A stretch of 64,000 nt of DNA from Azolla caroliniana (lineage: Eukaryota; Plantae; Polypodiophyta), in NCBI GenBank assembly GCA_043228905.1, contig JBHGNT010000015.1, positions 17,794,001 through 17,858,000 of the forward strand. Reading direction: 5' to 3'. A program made the translations under genes and the position numbers. Below the pieces are notes generated by a model. It searched no databases. It worked only from the letters and a program-made list of their open reading frames with translations, and had not been told where the DNA came from. This document shows positions 1-13,710 of the stretch, piece after piece (positions within the stretch are counted from its first letter, which is position 1; each line of letters starts with the position of its first letter).

Positions 1-1012
1 TACCGTCCTTCTCCCTCGGTCTCACGTTGCCACGTTGGCTGAACTGTCGGAGTCTCCGGATCAGTGTGAGGGTCCCATAGGGCCGGACTCCGTTTCTATG
101 CTTGCCGTAATTCGGGTGTCTTTTGTTTGACTCCCTCCCGGACTCTCCTCGTGCCTTCCGCGTAGCCGGGTCCCGTTTCCCGCCGCCACCTTCCTTCTCC
201 CTCGGTCTTACGTTGCCACGTTGGCCGAACAGCCGGGGTCTTCGGAACCGGTGTGGGGATCCCGTAGGACCGGACTTCCTTACGCCCATCGTCTTCGTCA
301 CCTCGCCGCCACCGTCAGTATCTTGGTCTTACGTCGACCGCGTTGCCGACCGCCGAAGTCTCTAGAACCGGTGTGAAGGATCCTCCGTAGACGTGCCATC
401 CTTATTGACCCTGTCCCGGGTCGTCCTTTTTCCGCATGCCGAGAGGGTGGTTTACTCCGCACCCCCTCCCGTGGTACCGACGTATCGTGTCCTCGGCCTC
501 TTCGTAGGCCTGCTCTCTTCCTCCCTCCCGGAATGGTCATTCGGGAGTCCGCTCCGCCCGGTTCTCGTCCGGGTCCGTTCGTCTTTCTCCGGATTGCCGA
601 GTCCCGTTCTCCTGTCGCCACCGTCTCTCGTACAGGACTTACGCCGGCACTCGGGCCTGTAGCCGGACCAGTGTAAGGAATCCCATAGGACTGGCTTTCA
701 TTCTCTTTCCTAATCTCGACCTTTGCCTGGTCGGTCTTTCTCCCCATGTAAAAGAGGGCGGCTCGTCCCGCACCCCCTTTCGTATCGGCACTTTCATGCC
801 GACTCCGGCCCCGAACGAACGATCCACGACCAGATCACGCTCCACCCGCATCGGAATGCTGATCCCCTCGTGCCGTGTCCGTCCTCGGCCTCCTTGCAGG
901 CCGTTTCCCATCCGTCTTCGCTGGCATCGTGCCAGGACTCCTCGGTACCGCCATCCATCTCCTCGGTCTTACATGGGCATACGGGCCCAATTGCCGAGTT
1001 TTCCGTGGGCTT

Positions 1013-2206
1013 TCATCCGCTCCTTCTCCGTATCGTCTCGCCGGTGATTCTCGCCCTTTCGCCGCCGCCTTCCTCCGCTTGGGACTCACGTGGGCACTCG
1101 GGCCCGCCTGCCATCGTCTCGGGAGCAAGTGTGGGAAGACACAAAGAATCACCCATCCGTTTTATGCCCTTGTCCGTAGCCACCGACTCTTCGTGGTCCA
1201 CGCTCGTCTTCTTACCGATCGCGCAAGCCCCGTTTGGGCTTGCTTCTCCAATGCCTGGAATCTCGGGCTGACACGCCCGAAACCGCTGGTCCAGTCTCTC
1301 GGCCTCGTCCTTGGCCGTTCTATCCCCGCAAGTCGGGAGGGTGGCTCGTCCCGCACCCTCTCCCGTGGTACCGATGTACCATTCTCTTTCGGCCTCCTCA
1401 TCCTCCGATCGCCTCCGGCCCGACTCCATAATAAGCCCTTCTTCGGCTTCGATTTTCCCCTCTTCCTCGAGCTTCGCTTTGAGAGCTGCGTATGCCTCCG
1501 CAATCCTGGCCCCAACGCCGATCCTTGCCAACTCTCTTTGTCGTTCGGCCTCTTCCTGCTGTGATGGCACGCCGTCGCGTACCTTCATCTTAGCCTTCTT
1601 GGATCGCTCTTTGTCTATCCGTTGGCACACCCTTCCGACATTCGACCAGTCCTCCGTAAGCCCATTCGCTCCATCATCGTCTTCGAGCTCAATCCCGATG
1701 GCTTCCGCTCGGTCGATCGACCTGACGAACAAAAGGACTTTGTCCGCCCCCACCAAACCTTGTTCCCGCTCTGGGAGCCAAGCAAGTCATCGCTCGAACT
1801 CCCGGAACGCCCTCGTCGCACCCCGGTGGGTCTTTGCCAATGCTACCCACTGGTCGAAGTGGTGCCGTCCCCGGCTCTTCCGCTGTCCTCCGTATGCTTT
1901 CAGGAGCGCCTCTTCGAAGGCCTCCCACGAACTATGAGCCTCACGGAGCTCCTTTATTTCCGCATGCATCCGGACAACCACGACCTGACAGAAGAACTCC
2001 AGCCTCAACACCTCGTCTACACCGCCACGCCCCTCCATTTCCGCGTTGAAGGTTTCCAAGTAAGATGGGACTTTGTCTCCGTTGAAACGACCGACTCTTT
2101 CGACCACTCGCTCAACCGCTTGTTGCGCTGCTTCTTGCCTCATCACCACTCGTGCTGACTCCAACACAACTTCGGCCACCATCTCCGCAAGGTCGTTGTC
2201 TTCCAA
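1013..2206 (-). pseudogene. gag: Gag (capsid-like), frameshifted
   Basis: Two ORFs, 1787-2206 and 1013-1756, in different frames continue one Gag-like sequence. Confidence 0.65.
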
Positions 2207-2559
2207 CTCTATCCTCCCTTGCCGCCCTTCACGTCGGCGAGACCACGGGGGTCTTGGACCAGGGAGTCACGGAGCGTAGGAAGTCGTGCTTCACTGTTTC
2301 TGGGGCATCCCAGAAACACACCGGAAGCAACCGAAGGGAGGGAGAGAGAGAGAGAGAGTAACACCGACTCACGCACACACGCCCACACACTCGCACACAC
2401 ACGCACACACAGCCCGACCCGACTCACGCCCTTATGTACAGGAAACGCAGGAAAGGGGGAGCACCCGAGACCAACATAGATGCGAATATACACAGACAGA
2501 CGCAAACATATATATATGTATAGACAGAAGAATATAATCCCGGCTTCGAGCCGGACCAA

Positions 2560-3078
2560 GATAGTTTACAACAGTCATCTGTTGTCAAGCCGCCGTCGGG
2601 GAGCTCTCAGGCTCGTTGCGCCGAGCGGGGTCTTGCACAGGAGATAAGCTGCAGCCAAACCTAAACGAACACGAAGGGGAAGAAGAAGAAGGAGAAGAAA
2701 CCTAACCCTAAACCTACCGGTATACCCTCTAATCCAAAATGGGCAACCCTTTTACAAAGGACGTTCCCTTCCTTTTATAGAACAAGGAAAGGGAGGCGTT
2801 ACAACGTGGGACAAATCCCGACTTTCATGGGATCGTCTGTCCCGACTTGACTACTCTTCGGCGCCATAAAGGCGCCCTCGTTATTCACATCAAATGTACA
2901 TGGGTGCGTACACACGCTGCACCCCGCCGATGTAGCCAATGTTTCCCGGTTTTCGCCTATGGCCGAAATTCTTCACGATAACGTTTAGTATTTGCCCAAT
3001 CCCCCTCCATATTTAATGAGTCTTTGGGCAGCCCCTAGAGCATGTTAGCTTGATTGTTTTTCATTGGGGCATGCTACA
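2560..3078 (-). repeat. Probable 5' LTR of the leftmost Gypsy (inner boundary approximate)
   Basis: Minus strand begins TGTAGCATG at 3078, has a TATA box and lies upstream of gag. The partner LTR is outside the window. Confidence 0.45.
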
Positions 3079-3284
3079 CAATTAGGAGAACAAAGTATCC
3101 TGCGTTGCCACTCTTTGACCTATAGTGACCTTTGGATTAATAGCCATTGAAAGGTGGAATTCTTTGGCTTGCTATTGTTTCCATAATTGCTTCCAACACT
3201 TGTGAATAGTTACCATGGGAACATGATATGTGCACCATATCTTTGTAGCGGTTGGTTCTTGTAAAAAGATTATGTGTCCTGAAG

Positions 3285-3722
3285 TGTTAAATGCGAATAC
3301 AGTCGGCTTGGCTAGACAACAGAGACAGAACAAACAGTTAGGTAAACATAGAGAATATGAGAGAGAGACACAAACTGAGTAAGTAGACAACAAACTTCTA
3401 TTACAAAAAGACTCAGTGTTCTGTACATACAATGTGCTCACAAAGCACTTTTTATACAAGCCTTGACAAGTGGGATGACACAAGTACTATTAGTACTTTA
3501 ATGGTCATGAATGAGCCTGACACTGATTAGCCTATAATAGGCTTATTTACTAAAATAGGAATCTAGCCTCCCTACCGGCCTGTTGGATTCTTTCCGACTT
3601 GACCAGTTGATTTGGCTTAGAAACCGATTCGGCTTTCGGCTTTTTCAGCCGATCGACCTTTGTCTGATTCAGCTCTCGGCTTGTTCAGCTGATCCGGCCC
3701 ACGTTAAGCTTATCTCTCAATA
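3285..3722 (-). repeat. 3' LTR of Copia A
   Basis: TGTTAA at 3285, PPT complement CTCCCCTCAA at 3723-3732. Shares blocks (TCTGTACATACAA-GTGCT...TTTATACAAG) with the Copia C LTR at 30259. Confidence 0.75.
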
Positions 3723-4140
3723 CTCCCCTCAAGCTCAACTTGAGGTCCTGATTTATCAACTCCATCCCGTTCCAACCTTTGGCTTCTCCTAGCGTTTTCA
3801 CGCCTCGTTCACGCTCCTCCGGTTTGGTCCCAAGTCCTACAACCCCTTCGATCCAACGCTTCTTGACCCATCTGGTTCTGTGCACCTCGACCCCTATTGT
3901 TAGCATGTCTACTCTTCAGGCCCTTTTAGCTCCCTCGTTGTCGCAACATTGGCGCCCCTCAACCCGTCAGCTTCTTTGTATCAACGTCGGCTTGCCTACC
4001 TTCTTGTCTGATTGGCCTTCACATGATCCGTCTCATCCAGATCAGTCCTTTCAACCCGATCGGCTATCTCTAATCTATTCCTGCTCTTGATCGAATTGGT
4101 TGTCTCCAATTCATCCTCTTCCAGGCCCTTGACCACATCA

Positions 4141-6587
4141 CTCGTGTTCAATGAGTCGGCTATGCTAGGTCAGCCGAAAGGACTATTGAAGTCCAAAGGG
4201 TGACTTTTTTCGAAATGTTGACCCTTCACAAAGACCCAACACATAACACGAGGTCGGCTTCACGGGTAGCCGAAACCTTTGGCATCAACTCGGTAGCACC
4301 CGACTTGGCACATTCGAATGGTTCGGCTCTGGACCATCTGACCCCGACACTCAATGCGACTAGTCCAATCATCCTTCAAAGATCCAAGAGACTATCGCAG
4401 GCCCCAGAGAGGTACTCTCATGGAATCTTCTTTACGGACGCCGGCGAGCCGACCTCATACGAAGAAGCATCCGCATCCGCCGGTTCGGCCACATGGCATC
4501 TGGTGATGGAGTCGGAAATGAACTCCATTCGACAAAATAAGACTTGGGACTTGGTTAAATTACCGAAGAATCGATGTGCTCTTCCATGCAAGTGGGTCTA
4601 TAGATTAAAAGAGACGTCTGATGCGGCCACCCCAAAGTACAAGGCCAAGTTAGTCATGAAGGGTTTTCGATGTTAAGAATATTGTGTTGATTTCGACGAA
4701 ATCTTTTCACTAGTGGTGAAAATGACAACCCTTTGATTTATGCTCGTCATCGTCGGCGTCGTGGCAGACAAGAATTTGGAGCTTATACAGTTAGATGTAA
4801 AGACAACCTTCCTCCATGGTGATTTAGATGAGGAAATTGATATGGGGCAGCCGAAAGGCTTCATGGTATCTGGTCAAGAACATCTAGTTTGCCCACTTAG
4901 GAAGAGTCTATATGGCCTAAAACATGCACCACGACAGTGGTACAAGAAGTTCGACAACTTCATCCAGTTGGTCGGCTTCTCAAGAGCGATGAGAACCACT
5001 GTCTCTTCACCAAAATAACTGAAGATGGGTCTCCCATCTTTCTCTTCATCTACGTGGATGACATGCTACTCTCTGGTCGGCATGCCGAAGAGCTCGCCGA
5101 ACTCATTCAGTAATTGCGATTGAAGTTTGCCATGAAGGACCTTGGTCCGGTAAGACACATTCTCGGGATGAAGATAAGTTGGAATCGGAATCGATGACAG
5201 TTGTTTCTGTCTCAATCCGACTATATTGGACGTGTCTTGGAACGCTTCAACCTGCAATCGGAAAAATCTGCTTCGACCCTACTCCGCATTAGCACTCGGC
5301 TGTCTCAGCGAGACTACCCGAGATCCGGTTCAGAGGCGGTAATTATGAAGTCGGTATTTTATGCACCGACAGTTGGCTCCCTAATGTACGCGATGATCAC
5401 TACACAACCTGACATTGCTCATGCCATCGGAGTCATCACCAAATTCATGCACAATCCTGCTTGATCGCATTGGAATGCGGTAAAGCATGTGTTCAGATAT
5501 ATGGTGGGCACAAAAGACTATGGCATCCTATTCGGCCAAAATGACACTTCAGGCGTAGTCGAATACACCAATTCAGATTTTGCCGGCTAAGTGGACAGTC
5601 GAAAATTGACAATTGGTTCCTGTTTCAAACTTGGCAATGGAGCAATCTCATGGAAATCGAAACTTCAGGAGCACACTGCCACATCAACGACTGAGGCCAA
5701 ATACGTAGCCGTGTCCGATGCGGCGAAAGAGGCCTTATGGCTCGGTCGGCTAGCTTGCATGATTCGACAAGCTGAATCCAGCTTGGCTCCAGTTGTCTTA
5801 GCAACAGTTAAGGTGTTGTTACTCTATCGAAAAATCCGGTTCATCACAATGCCTCCAAGCATATCGACGTTCGATACCACTTTGTTCGGAACTGCGTCAT
5901 TTCAAGAAAAATCGGCCTCGAGAAGATACCTACAACCAATAATGTCGTAGATGGGATGACCAAGTGTCTTTCGGTGGATCGATTCCAATCCCTTCAGCAC
6001 CAGATGGGTGTAACGAATAATCGGTCCAATTGAGTCGGACATTCAGAATGGTTTCGAACAACCATCATCGACAATTCGAAGTTCGGTCTCAGTTCCTCCG
6101 ACTCCAACTGATTTGGCCTTCTATTTTCGGAGTTAACAACTCGAACAAAAATCCGACTTGTTTGGCAACTTTGTACAAATTTGTACTGTTCACTTATATT
6201 ACAGATTTCAGATGTATACGCACATTACGGGGGAGTGTCGAATACGGGTCTCTAATGGACGTATTCACATTATCCCATTTGTACACACTAGGTTTACGCC
6301 ATCTTTGTAAATACTAAGAAGGGTAGTTTCCCTAAGTTAGTCAGTATATAAACTAACTTTGTAACCTAGTTTAAAGTGTGTTGTTGATTCTGTACATTGA
6401 GCCGCAGAGAAATAAAGTTCACCTTGTGCCTAACGTTCTGCTCTCTCTTCTTCTTGAATTCGTGTTGATCTTGTTACTTGATTCAGTTGCTTGTAACCAT
6501 TCATCCACTCGACTTGTACCTGTTAATGATGTTTCACTAGAGAGGAGTGCTATGATTGTTTAGCACTAGACGGTCGCGATCCCAACA
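4141..6587 (+). mobile_element. 5'-truncated Ty1/Copia element (RT, RNase H, PPT, 3' LTR)
   Basis: Fragments [56 protein letters not shown], with stops and frameshifts. PPT GGGGGAG 6229-6235. Confidence 0.9.
6236..6587 (+). repeat. 3' LTR of truncated plus-strand Copia
   Basis: TGTCGAA...CCCAACA termini, follows the PPT, TATATAAA near 6346. Host Copia A sequence resumes at 6588. Confidence 0.8.
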
Positions 6588-8324
6588 TCTCTGGCCCAAT
6601 TGACATTCATGTAGCCGACCAACTGTCTGACTACACTGGCGAGATACAACAACGCCTTGTCCTTAGTGCCGCTAACATAACGCAATATCCTCTGTGTGCA
6701 TTAAAGGTGATCAATTGAGGGTTGTGACATAAACTAACTTATCAATCCGATCGGATAGCTGAGGTCCGGTCAGGTTATGGTCAGGTATATGAGGCTTCCG
6801 ACAATCTATCAGAATTGTGTTGTGTTGCAAGTCAACCCCAATCCAAGGCGAAGCTTGATGTTCTTGTTAAGAGGAGTTGAGACGGAATTACAATCTGTCA
6901 TGCCGAATTTGAAGAGCATATTAAGCACATAATGATGTTGGTTGATCGATATTCCTTCGGGAGTTCGAATCACTTCAATCCTGAGGAAGTAATGAAGGTC
7001 TCATAGATCCTTCATCTCGAATGATGCCGCCAACTAAGACTTGACTCGGCTGATTTCCTCCAAGTCGGTGCCGACAATAATCAAGTCATCCATATATAGA
7101 AGTATGCTTAACGATCCCTTCCAACCCTGCCAAATAAACAAGGAAGTATCCAACTTCGACGGAGCAAAACCCATCCGACGCAATCTCTGCATGATGTTTG
7201 CGTTCTAGGCTATAGGAGTTTGCTTAAGTCCGTAAAGTGACTTCTTCAATAAGCAAATTGCCGATGTGTTCAATGCAGATTGAAATTCGAGGGGTTGTAC
7301 CATGTACACCTATTCCTTAAGTTGTCCTTGTAGGAATGCATTCTTACATCCATCTAATGTAGATGCCACCCCTTTGCCACTATTACAGCTAGCAACACAC
7401 GGATGATCGTCATCTTTGCAATGTCGTGTGTCTGCATGTAGCCCTTGACCACCAATTGGGCCTTGTACCTGTTGATCGTTGATCGAGCCGTCAACATTAT
7501 ATTTACCTTATACACCCACCTTTATCCGATTGTCATTACACCTTTGGGGGGGTAAACCAGATCCCATGTGTCATTCTCCGCTAAGGTGCACATCTCTTCC
7601 TCCATTACGGCTCGCCAATTTGCGTCTTCGCCGCCTCTACGTAGCTCTCCGGCTCACACATTCCCACCACCTTCACCATATACACATAGTGATGTGCCAT
7701 GTATTCATTGAGATTACGGGGTTCTTGTGGCAAGTCGATTGGCGTACCTTTCGTTGCCCGTCTTTAGGTCCCTTCTAGCCGATTCTAACCTCAACTCTTG
7801 AGGTTATTCTTCACTCTTGGCTCTGTCAGGTTCGCTTTGATTCGATGTGCTTGGCTTTGTGCCATATTCTGGCATCTTCTTCTTCAAACCCTTATCCTTG
7901 TGTGTAAACCATCTCCTCGACTTCTGGCCGGGGGACTGGACGGCTGAGTCTCCACTACTCACCGACTCTTCATTTTCTCTTGCCGATCCGGCTCAACCCA
8001 TCATTTGGCCCACTTAGGAGAAATGAGATCGGACTCTCCTCTAGATTTCCGATTTCTTCTTCATCTAGGGGCATCTTGGCCTCATTGGCCTCATCCTCAG
8101 AATTCGGAATGGAGTTAATTTGGGGCCGAAGATGGAGCCAACTACCACAAAGCCGACTCGTCGAATACAACATCTGGACTAACACAAACCTGTTTTGTTC
8201 AAGGGTTATAACACTTATAGCCCTTCTGCTCGCCTGATTAGGCAACCAAGATACATTTCTTGGCTTTGGCATCTAGCTTCCTCCTCTTCTCTTTGGGCAC
8301 ATGCACATATGCGATGTTGCCGAA

Positions 8325-8714
8325 TGTAAAGAATCGGGTATGATTCTTGTGTAGCGGAATAGGTGTGAACTGTGTGTGTGTGTATGAGAGAGAGAGAGTG
8401 AGAGAGAGACGAGGAGTAAGACATAGAGAATACGCACAATAAAGTATATTAACAAAGGAGAAGGACTCAACATAATACAAGGTGGGAGGAGGGTGCTTTA
8501 TATAGTCACTCTCTCTCTTCATTAACTACAAGACTCATGGAGCATGGGGAATGTGAAAGCTCATAAGTTATGTGTCATAGAATATGATTCTATGACTCAT
8601 ACTAAATGCTAGAATATAAAGTGGTGACATAATGGTGACTCTTGACTGTTGGAGTGTCTATTCACTCTCATGGTGAGTTCACACACTAGACCAAGTTGAG
8701 CTTGATTCTCAACA
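8325..8714 (-). repeat. 3' LTR of Copia F
   Basis: TG...CA termini, near-identical to 13317-13710. Confidence 0.95.
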
Positions 8715-8943
8715 CGCCCCCTCAAGCTCAAGTCGGGTCGGTTTCAAATTGTATCCAAAATCCGCTTCAACTCGTGTTCTGGAGTCCGCGTCGACTCGCA
8801 TTTATGCGGAGTACGGAATCCGTGCTCCAGCTTGCATTGTGCGTAGTTGCAAAGTTTGTGCTTCGGCTTGCGTCTTTCTTCGCGGCTTCGTTGCGTGGTT
8901 GCGGAATCTACGCGTTATTGCGTAGTGTCCTCAGTACTCCCCC

Positions 8944-11900
8944 TCAAGCTTGCCATAGTTTTTCGGCTCCTAAGGCTTTAGTGAAGATGTCGGCCGTTTG
9001 AAGATTGGTGCTAATGTGTTGTAGGTCGGCATCGCTAGCTAGAACGCGCTCTCGGATGAAGTGATAGTGCACTTCGATGTGCTTTGTTCGTGCATGGAAC
9101 ACCGGGTTCCGAGCCGGATAGATACTGGTCATGTTGTCGTAGTAAAAGGAAGTCGGATCCTTGATGGGTACGCCTAGATCCTTGAATATCCTTTTGAGCC
9201 ATACGGCTTCACATGCGGCCACTGCCGCGCCCTTGTATTCCACCTCTGTGCTCGAAAGAGCGACGATTGGTTGCTTTTTGCTGATCCAAGATATTGCTCC
9301 GCTGCCGAGGGAAAAAACAAATCCGGAGGTTGATCTTCTATCGTCTTTGTAGCCGGCCCAATCGGCGTCTGTGTACCCCTCGAGTCGTATTGGCATCGCG
9401 GTCTTGTAGAGGATGCCGCAATCCATTGTGCCGCTCACGTATCGTAGAGCTCGCTTAACGCAATACAAGTGAGTATCACACGGTGTTTGCATGAATTGGC
9501 TAAGGAGACTGACCTGATAACTGAGATCGGGTCGTGTGATCGTGAGGTAGATGAGACTCCCGATGAGTTGCCGATCCTAACTCGGCTCACACGCTTTGGT
9601 GCCGGAGTTTGCATCTAGTTTGAGATTGCTATCGAGTGGGGTTGCCGCGGATTTTCACTTAGCCATGCTGAACTTGTATAACAAGTTGAGGATGTAGTGT
9701 CGTTGAGAGATCATGATTCCGGCCGGAGTCCGAATTACCTCGATGCTGAAGAAGTAGTGGAGCTCCTTCATGCCCATCATCTCGAACTTATCGGAATGGA
9801 GGGATTTGACCTTATTGATTTGGACGAGATGCTCACCTCCAATGACTAGGTCATCCACATATAATATGATGACAATTGGACTTGCGAAATCGCTTCGTAT
9901 GTAGAGGGAGTTGTTCGATTTTGACATACGAAAGCTGATTTGATGAAGATATTGCGTTATCTTTGAATGCCAAGCACACGGTGCTTGCTTCAGGCCGTAG
10001 AGTGGCTTCTTGAGTTGGCATACAACTTTCGGATGGGTGCTCGAGGTGAAGCCGGGTGGTTGTATCATGTACACCTCCTCTTCTAATTTGCCTTGTAGAA
10101 AGGCGTTCTTGACGTCCATTTGATGGAGGTGCCACCCTTTCTCCGCGGCAAGTGCAATTACGGTCCGTACCGTCGTCATCTTTGCCACCGGTGCAAAGGT
10201 CTCCTCGTAGTCAACTCCGTGCGTTTGTGCGTAGCCTTTCGCTACGAGTCGCGCTTTGTAGCGGTTGACGGAACCGTCGACATTGTACTTCACTTTGTAA
10301 ATCCATTTGCATCCGATCTCCTTTTTGTGTGGTGAGGTGGAGACGAGATCCCATGTCTCGTTCTTGCATAGTGCCTGCATTTCCTTGTTCATGGCTTCGA
10401 TCCATTGCCGATCCTTGGCTGCTTCGGAAAATATTTCCGGCTCGTGTACTGTTGCCACCTTCATCCAAAAGGCATAGTGATATGCCATGTAGTCATTGTA
10501 GCCGAATCGGCTGACCGGATTCTTTTCACGGGTGGAGCGACGGAGCTTTTCATTTGCAGAGATGAGGGCCTTCTTAGCTCCGATTGGTACATCGAAGTCA
10601 TCGAACTCACTGTCGAGTGAGTGAGTCGACTCATCGTCGTCGAAGCGATCGTCTTCGTATTCCGACATTTTCGCCTTGCCTTTGTCCATCTTCGGGCAAG
10701 GCCGTGATGTGCTTTGATTGCTCAAAGGCTCTTGTGGTCCACTTAGTTAGGTCGTGATCAGACTTTCTTCGAACATGCGCGTAAGACGATCTTCATCCTC
10801 TATCTCTTGTTCGGCGGATTCCGGGTTGAGCGGAGTCGGAGTCGAAGTTGTCTCTGGTGTGTACTAGGATGCAGACTCGTCAAAAACAACGTCTTAACTT
10901 ACGCCAGATTTTCGAGTTGAGGGGTTGTAGCACTTGTAACCCTTTTGCTCCAGTGAGTAACCTACGAGGATACATTTCTCTGACTTTGGGTCAAGATTTT
11001 GATGCTTCTTGTCAGGGATGTGCACGTACGCTATTGCGCCGAATATCCGGGTGTGCGATAAGTCCGGCTTCTTTCCGAAGTATTTTTCGTGCGGAGTGAC
11101 CTCGTGCACTCCGGATGTTGTGCACCGGTTCATTAGGTAGACGGCCGTATTTGCAGCTTCGGCCGAATATGACTTGGGCATATGCTTCTCGTTCATCATG
11201 GCCCGCGCTACTTCGAGGATGTGCCGATTTTTGCGCTCGACTACTCCGTTTTGTTGCGGAGTGTGTCGGCAAGTGAATTCTCACCGAATTCCTTCCTTTC
11301 GGAGATACGCCGTGAAATCGTCCAAGAAGTACTCCTTGCCGCCATCTGATCGGAGACATCGTACATGTCGGCTCATGGCTTTCTCGACTTCATTCTTGAA
11401 TTTTTGGAAGTGTCCGAACACTTCACTCTTTTGCCACATCGGGTAGATCCAAGTGTGCCTAGAGAAGTCGTCGATGAAGAACATGTAATATCGGCATCTG
11501 CTGAATGTAGCCGTCTGCGTCGGTCCCCGTACGTTGGAATGGACTATGTCGAGTAGACCTTTGCTCACGTTTTGCTCTTTTGGGAATGGGTGTCGGTGTT
11601 GCTTACCGAATTGGCACGCTTCGCATACACCTTCAATCTCCTTCTCTTTGAATGTCGGAAGTCCGATGATGACTGCTTTCGATTTCATTGCTTTGAGTTT
11701 GTTGAGATTGATGTGGCCGATTCGCTTGTGCCATAGCTCTATGTCGGAGTCAGCTTTCGTGCTTTTTGTGAACATGGCGGATTTCATCTCGTGTGAATCG
11801 AGAATGAACATCCGGCCCTCTCTTCTTCCGCACGCGATGATTCGGCCCTCTTTTTCGATGAAGCACCCTTCTTGGTCGAATAGTACTTGCATCCCTTGCT

Positions 11901-13163
11901 CAACCATTTGGCCGATCGAGACCAAATTCTTCGTGATGGTGGGAACATGCAAGACATTTTTAATGTATGTTTGTTTACCTCTTTCGCCGAACGCAACATT
12001 GTCGATGTGTCGAATCGGGTGCGTAGTTTCATCTCTAGTTTTGACATAACCGGGATGCTCCGGCTCTCGAAGTTTGAGAAACCATTCTTTATGGGATGTC
12101 ATATGGTTTGAGGCTCCGGAGTCAACAAACCATACATCCTCCGGATTGAGTGCACTAGTTGAGGTAGAGGCCGACATAGAGTTTGCTCTATGTTTCATCA
12201 TGAACATTCCGCCACGGTCGGAGTTGTGTGCATACATTCCGCCACGATCTTCGTAGTCGGAGTTGTGCCCGTACATTCCGTTATACTCTTCGCAATCGGA
12301 ATTGTGCACGTAATTCGTGAGTTGTCGACTTGTGGAAGCCGATTCACGCATCTTCTTTCGGTACTCATCTTCGTGGTGGCCGAGCTTTCTGCCATTCAGT
12401 TTTGTTTTGATGGCTCGGGCTGGAGTGGAAGCTCCCCCTTCTTGCGAATGTTCCTCATTGGCTTCCATTTTGCGGCCGAAATTGGGAGTTGTTGTCGTAG
12501 GTCGGACCTTGTCCGCCTTGTCCTTGGCCGAATCGGCCTCTCGCTCGTCCGCGTCCTCTTCCTCCATTCGAGTGCGTGTAGAGCATGTGGCCTTCCGTCT
12601 CATTGCTCCTTGTACGCATGAGGTTTTCTTCTGAAGAAGGAGGGAGATTTCTCCTGTGCTAGAACGGCGGTTCGCATAGTGCTGAACAGTGGTGCGAGGC
12701 CGCCGAGGCATATTTGCACCATCTCATCATCATCAATACTTACGCTTATCGAGCCGAGCGAGTCGCAAAGCTCCTTGATCTTCAAGGTGTATGTCGTGAT
12801 GGACATTTCCCTTTGTTGAGTGTTGTTCAACTCTTGGCGGAGTTGAAGCCTTCTTGCGGTTATGTTCGCTGCGAAAATCTTTCGTAGATTTTCCCATGCC
12901 TCCTTCGGTGCCTTGGCTTCGTGAATGTAGCCGAGCATGTGATCGTGAACACATGTTGCCAAGAAATACATCACGCGGCTTGTGGCTTGCTCCCATGTCG
13001 TGTATCCGGGAGCCGCTTCGGCGGGTCGGTCTTCGTGCTCTCCTTTGATGTAGCTCCAATAGCCTTGTCCGACAAGGTATTGGTGCATCTTGTACTCCCA
13101 AGATGCGAAGTTATTTCGATCCAACTTCTCGGTAGGGAGAGAGCTCCCCATTTGAGTATTCAT
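8944..13163 (-). pseudogene. gag-pol: Copia F gag-pol (Gag, protease, integrase, RT, RNase H) with stops and frameshifts
   Basis: ORFs 12600-13163 (Gag); 11281-12711 (WFVDSGASNHM, WHKRIGH, CEAC, RSDGGKEY); 10894-11199; 9655-10725 (LYVDDL); 8944-9492 ([21 protein letters not shown]). Confidence 0.95.
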
Positions 13164-13316
13164 TATGTCGATTCTTCTTCTTCTTCTTCTTCTCTCTTCG
13201 AATGCGAGCTATGTAGCGAAGCTACGATAGCGATGAGCCGGTTCTTCTTGAACATCGGCGTAGAGCTCAACACACGAGGATGGGCTAGATGGAGCTACCA
13301 AATCGCTCTGATACCA

Positions 13317-13710
13317 TGTAAAGAATCGGGTATGATTCTTGTGTAGCGGAATAGGTGTGAACTGTGTGTGTGTGTGTATGAGAGAGAGAGAGAGAGTGAG
13401 AGAGACGAGGAGTAAGACACAGAGAATATGCACAATAAAGTATATTAACAAAGGAGAAAGAATCAACATAATACAAGGTGGGAGGAGGGTGCTTTATATA
13501 GTCACCCTCTCTCTTCATTAACTACAAGAGTCATGGAGCATGGGGAATGTGAAAGCTCATAAGTTATGTGTCATAGAATATGATTCTATGATTCATACTA
13601 AATGCTAGAATAAAAAGTGGTGACATAATGGTGACTCTTGATTGTTGGAGTGTCTATTCACTCTCAAGGTGAGTTCACACATTAGACCAAGGTTAGCTTG
13701 ATTCTCAACA
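13317..13710 (-). repeat. 5' LTR of Copia F
   Basis: Abuts the Met PBS; matches 8325-8714. Confidence 0.95.

Larger units (their letters stand above)
1..3078 (-). mobile_element. 5' part of a Ty3/Gypsy-like LTR retrotransposon (LTR, leader, decayed gag with repetitive extension); continues beyond window start
   Basis: ORF 1787-2206 (VGRFNGDKVPSYLETFNAEM...SSWEAFEEALLKAY) and 1013-1756 (LEDDDGANGLTEDWSNVGRVC) read as retrotransposon Gag. Upstream minus-strand TATA (CTATAAAAGG, 2771-2780) and TG start at 3078. Degenerate repeats in 1-1400. Confidence 0.7.
8325..13710 (-). mobile_element. Copia F: full-length, inactivated Ty1/Copia element nested in Copia A integrase
   Basis: LTR pair 13317-13710 and 8325-8714 (about 13 substitutions by eye). 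TSD CCGAA (8320-8324) / TCGAA (13711-13715). PBS TGGTATCAGAGCG at 13304-13316 (initiator tRNA-Met). PPT TTGAGGGGGCG at 8715-8725. Confidence 0.95.

Noticed and set aside
2655-2716. Telomere-like AACCCTAAA motifs
   Set aside because: One or two degenerate copies in an LTR (telo-box-like), not an array.
12205-12310. Short HNSD-containing peptide repeats in Copia F
   Set aside because: Small slippage duplication in the variable Gag-protease linker.
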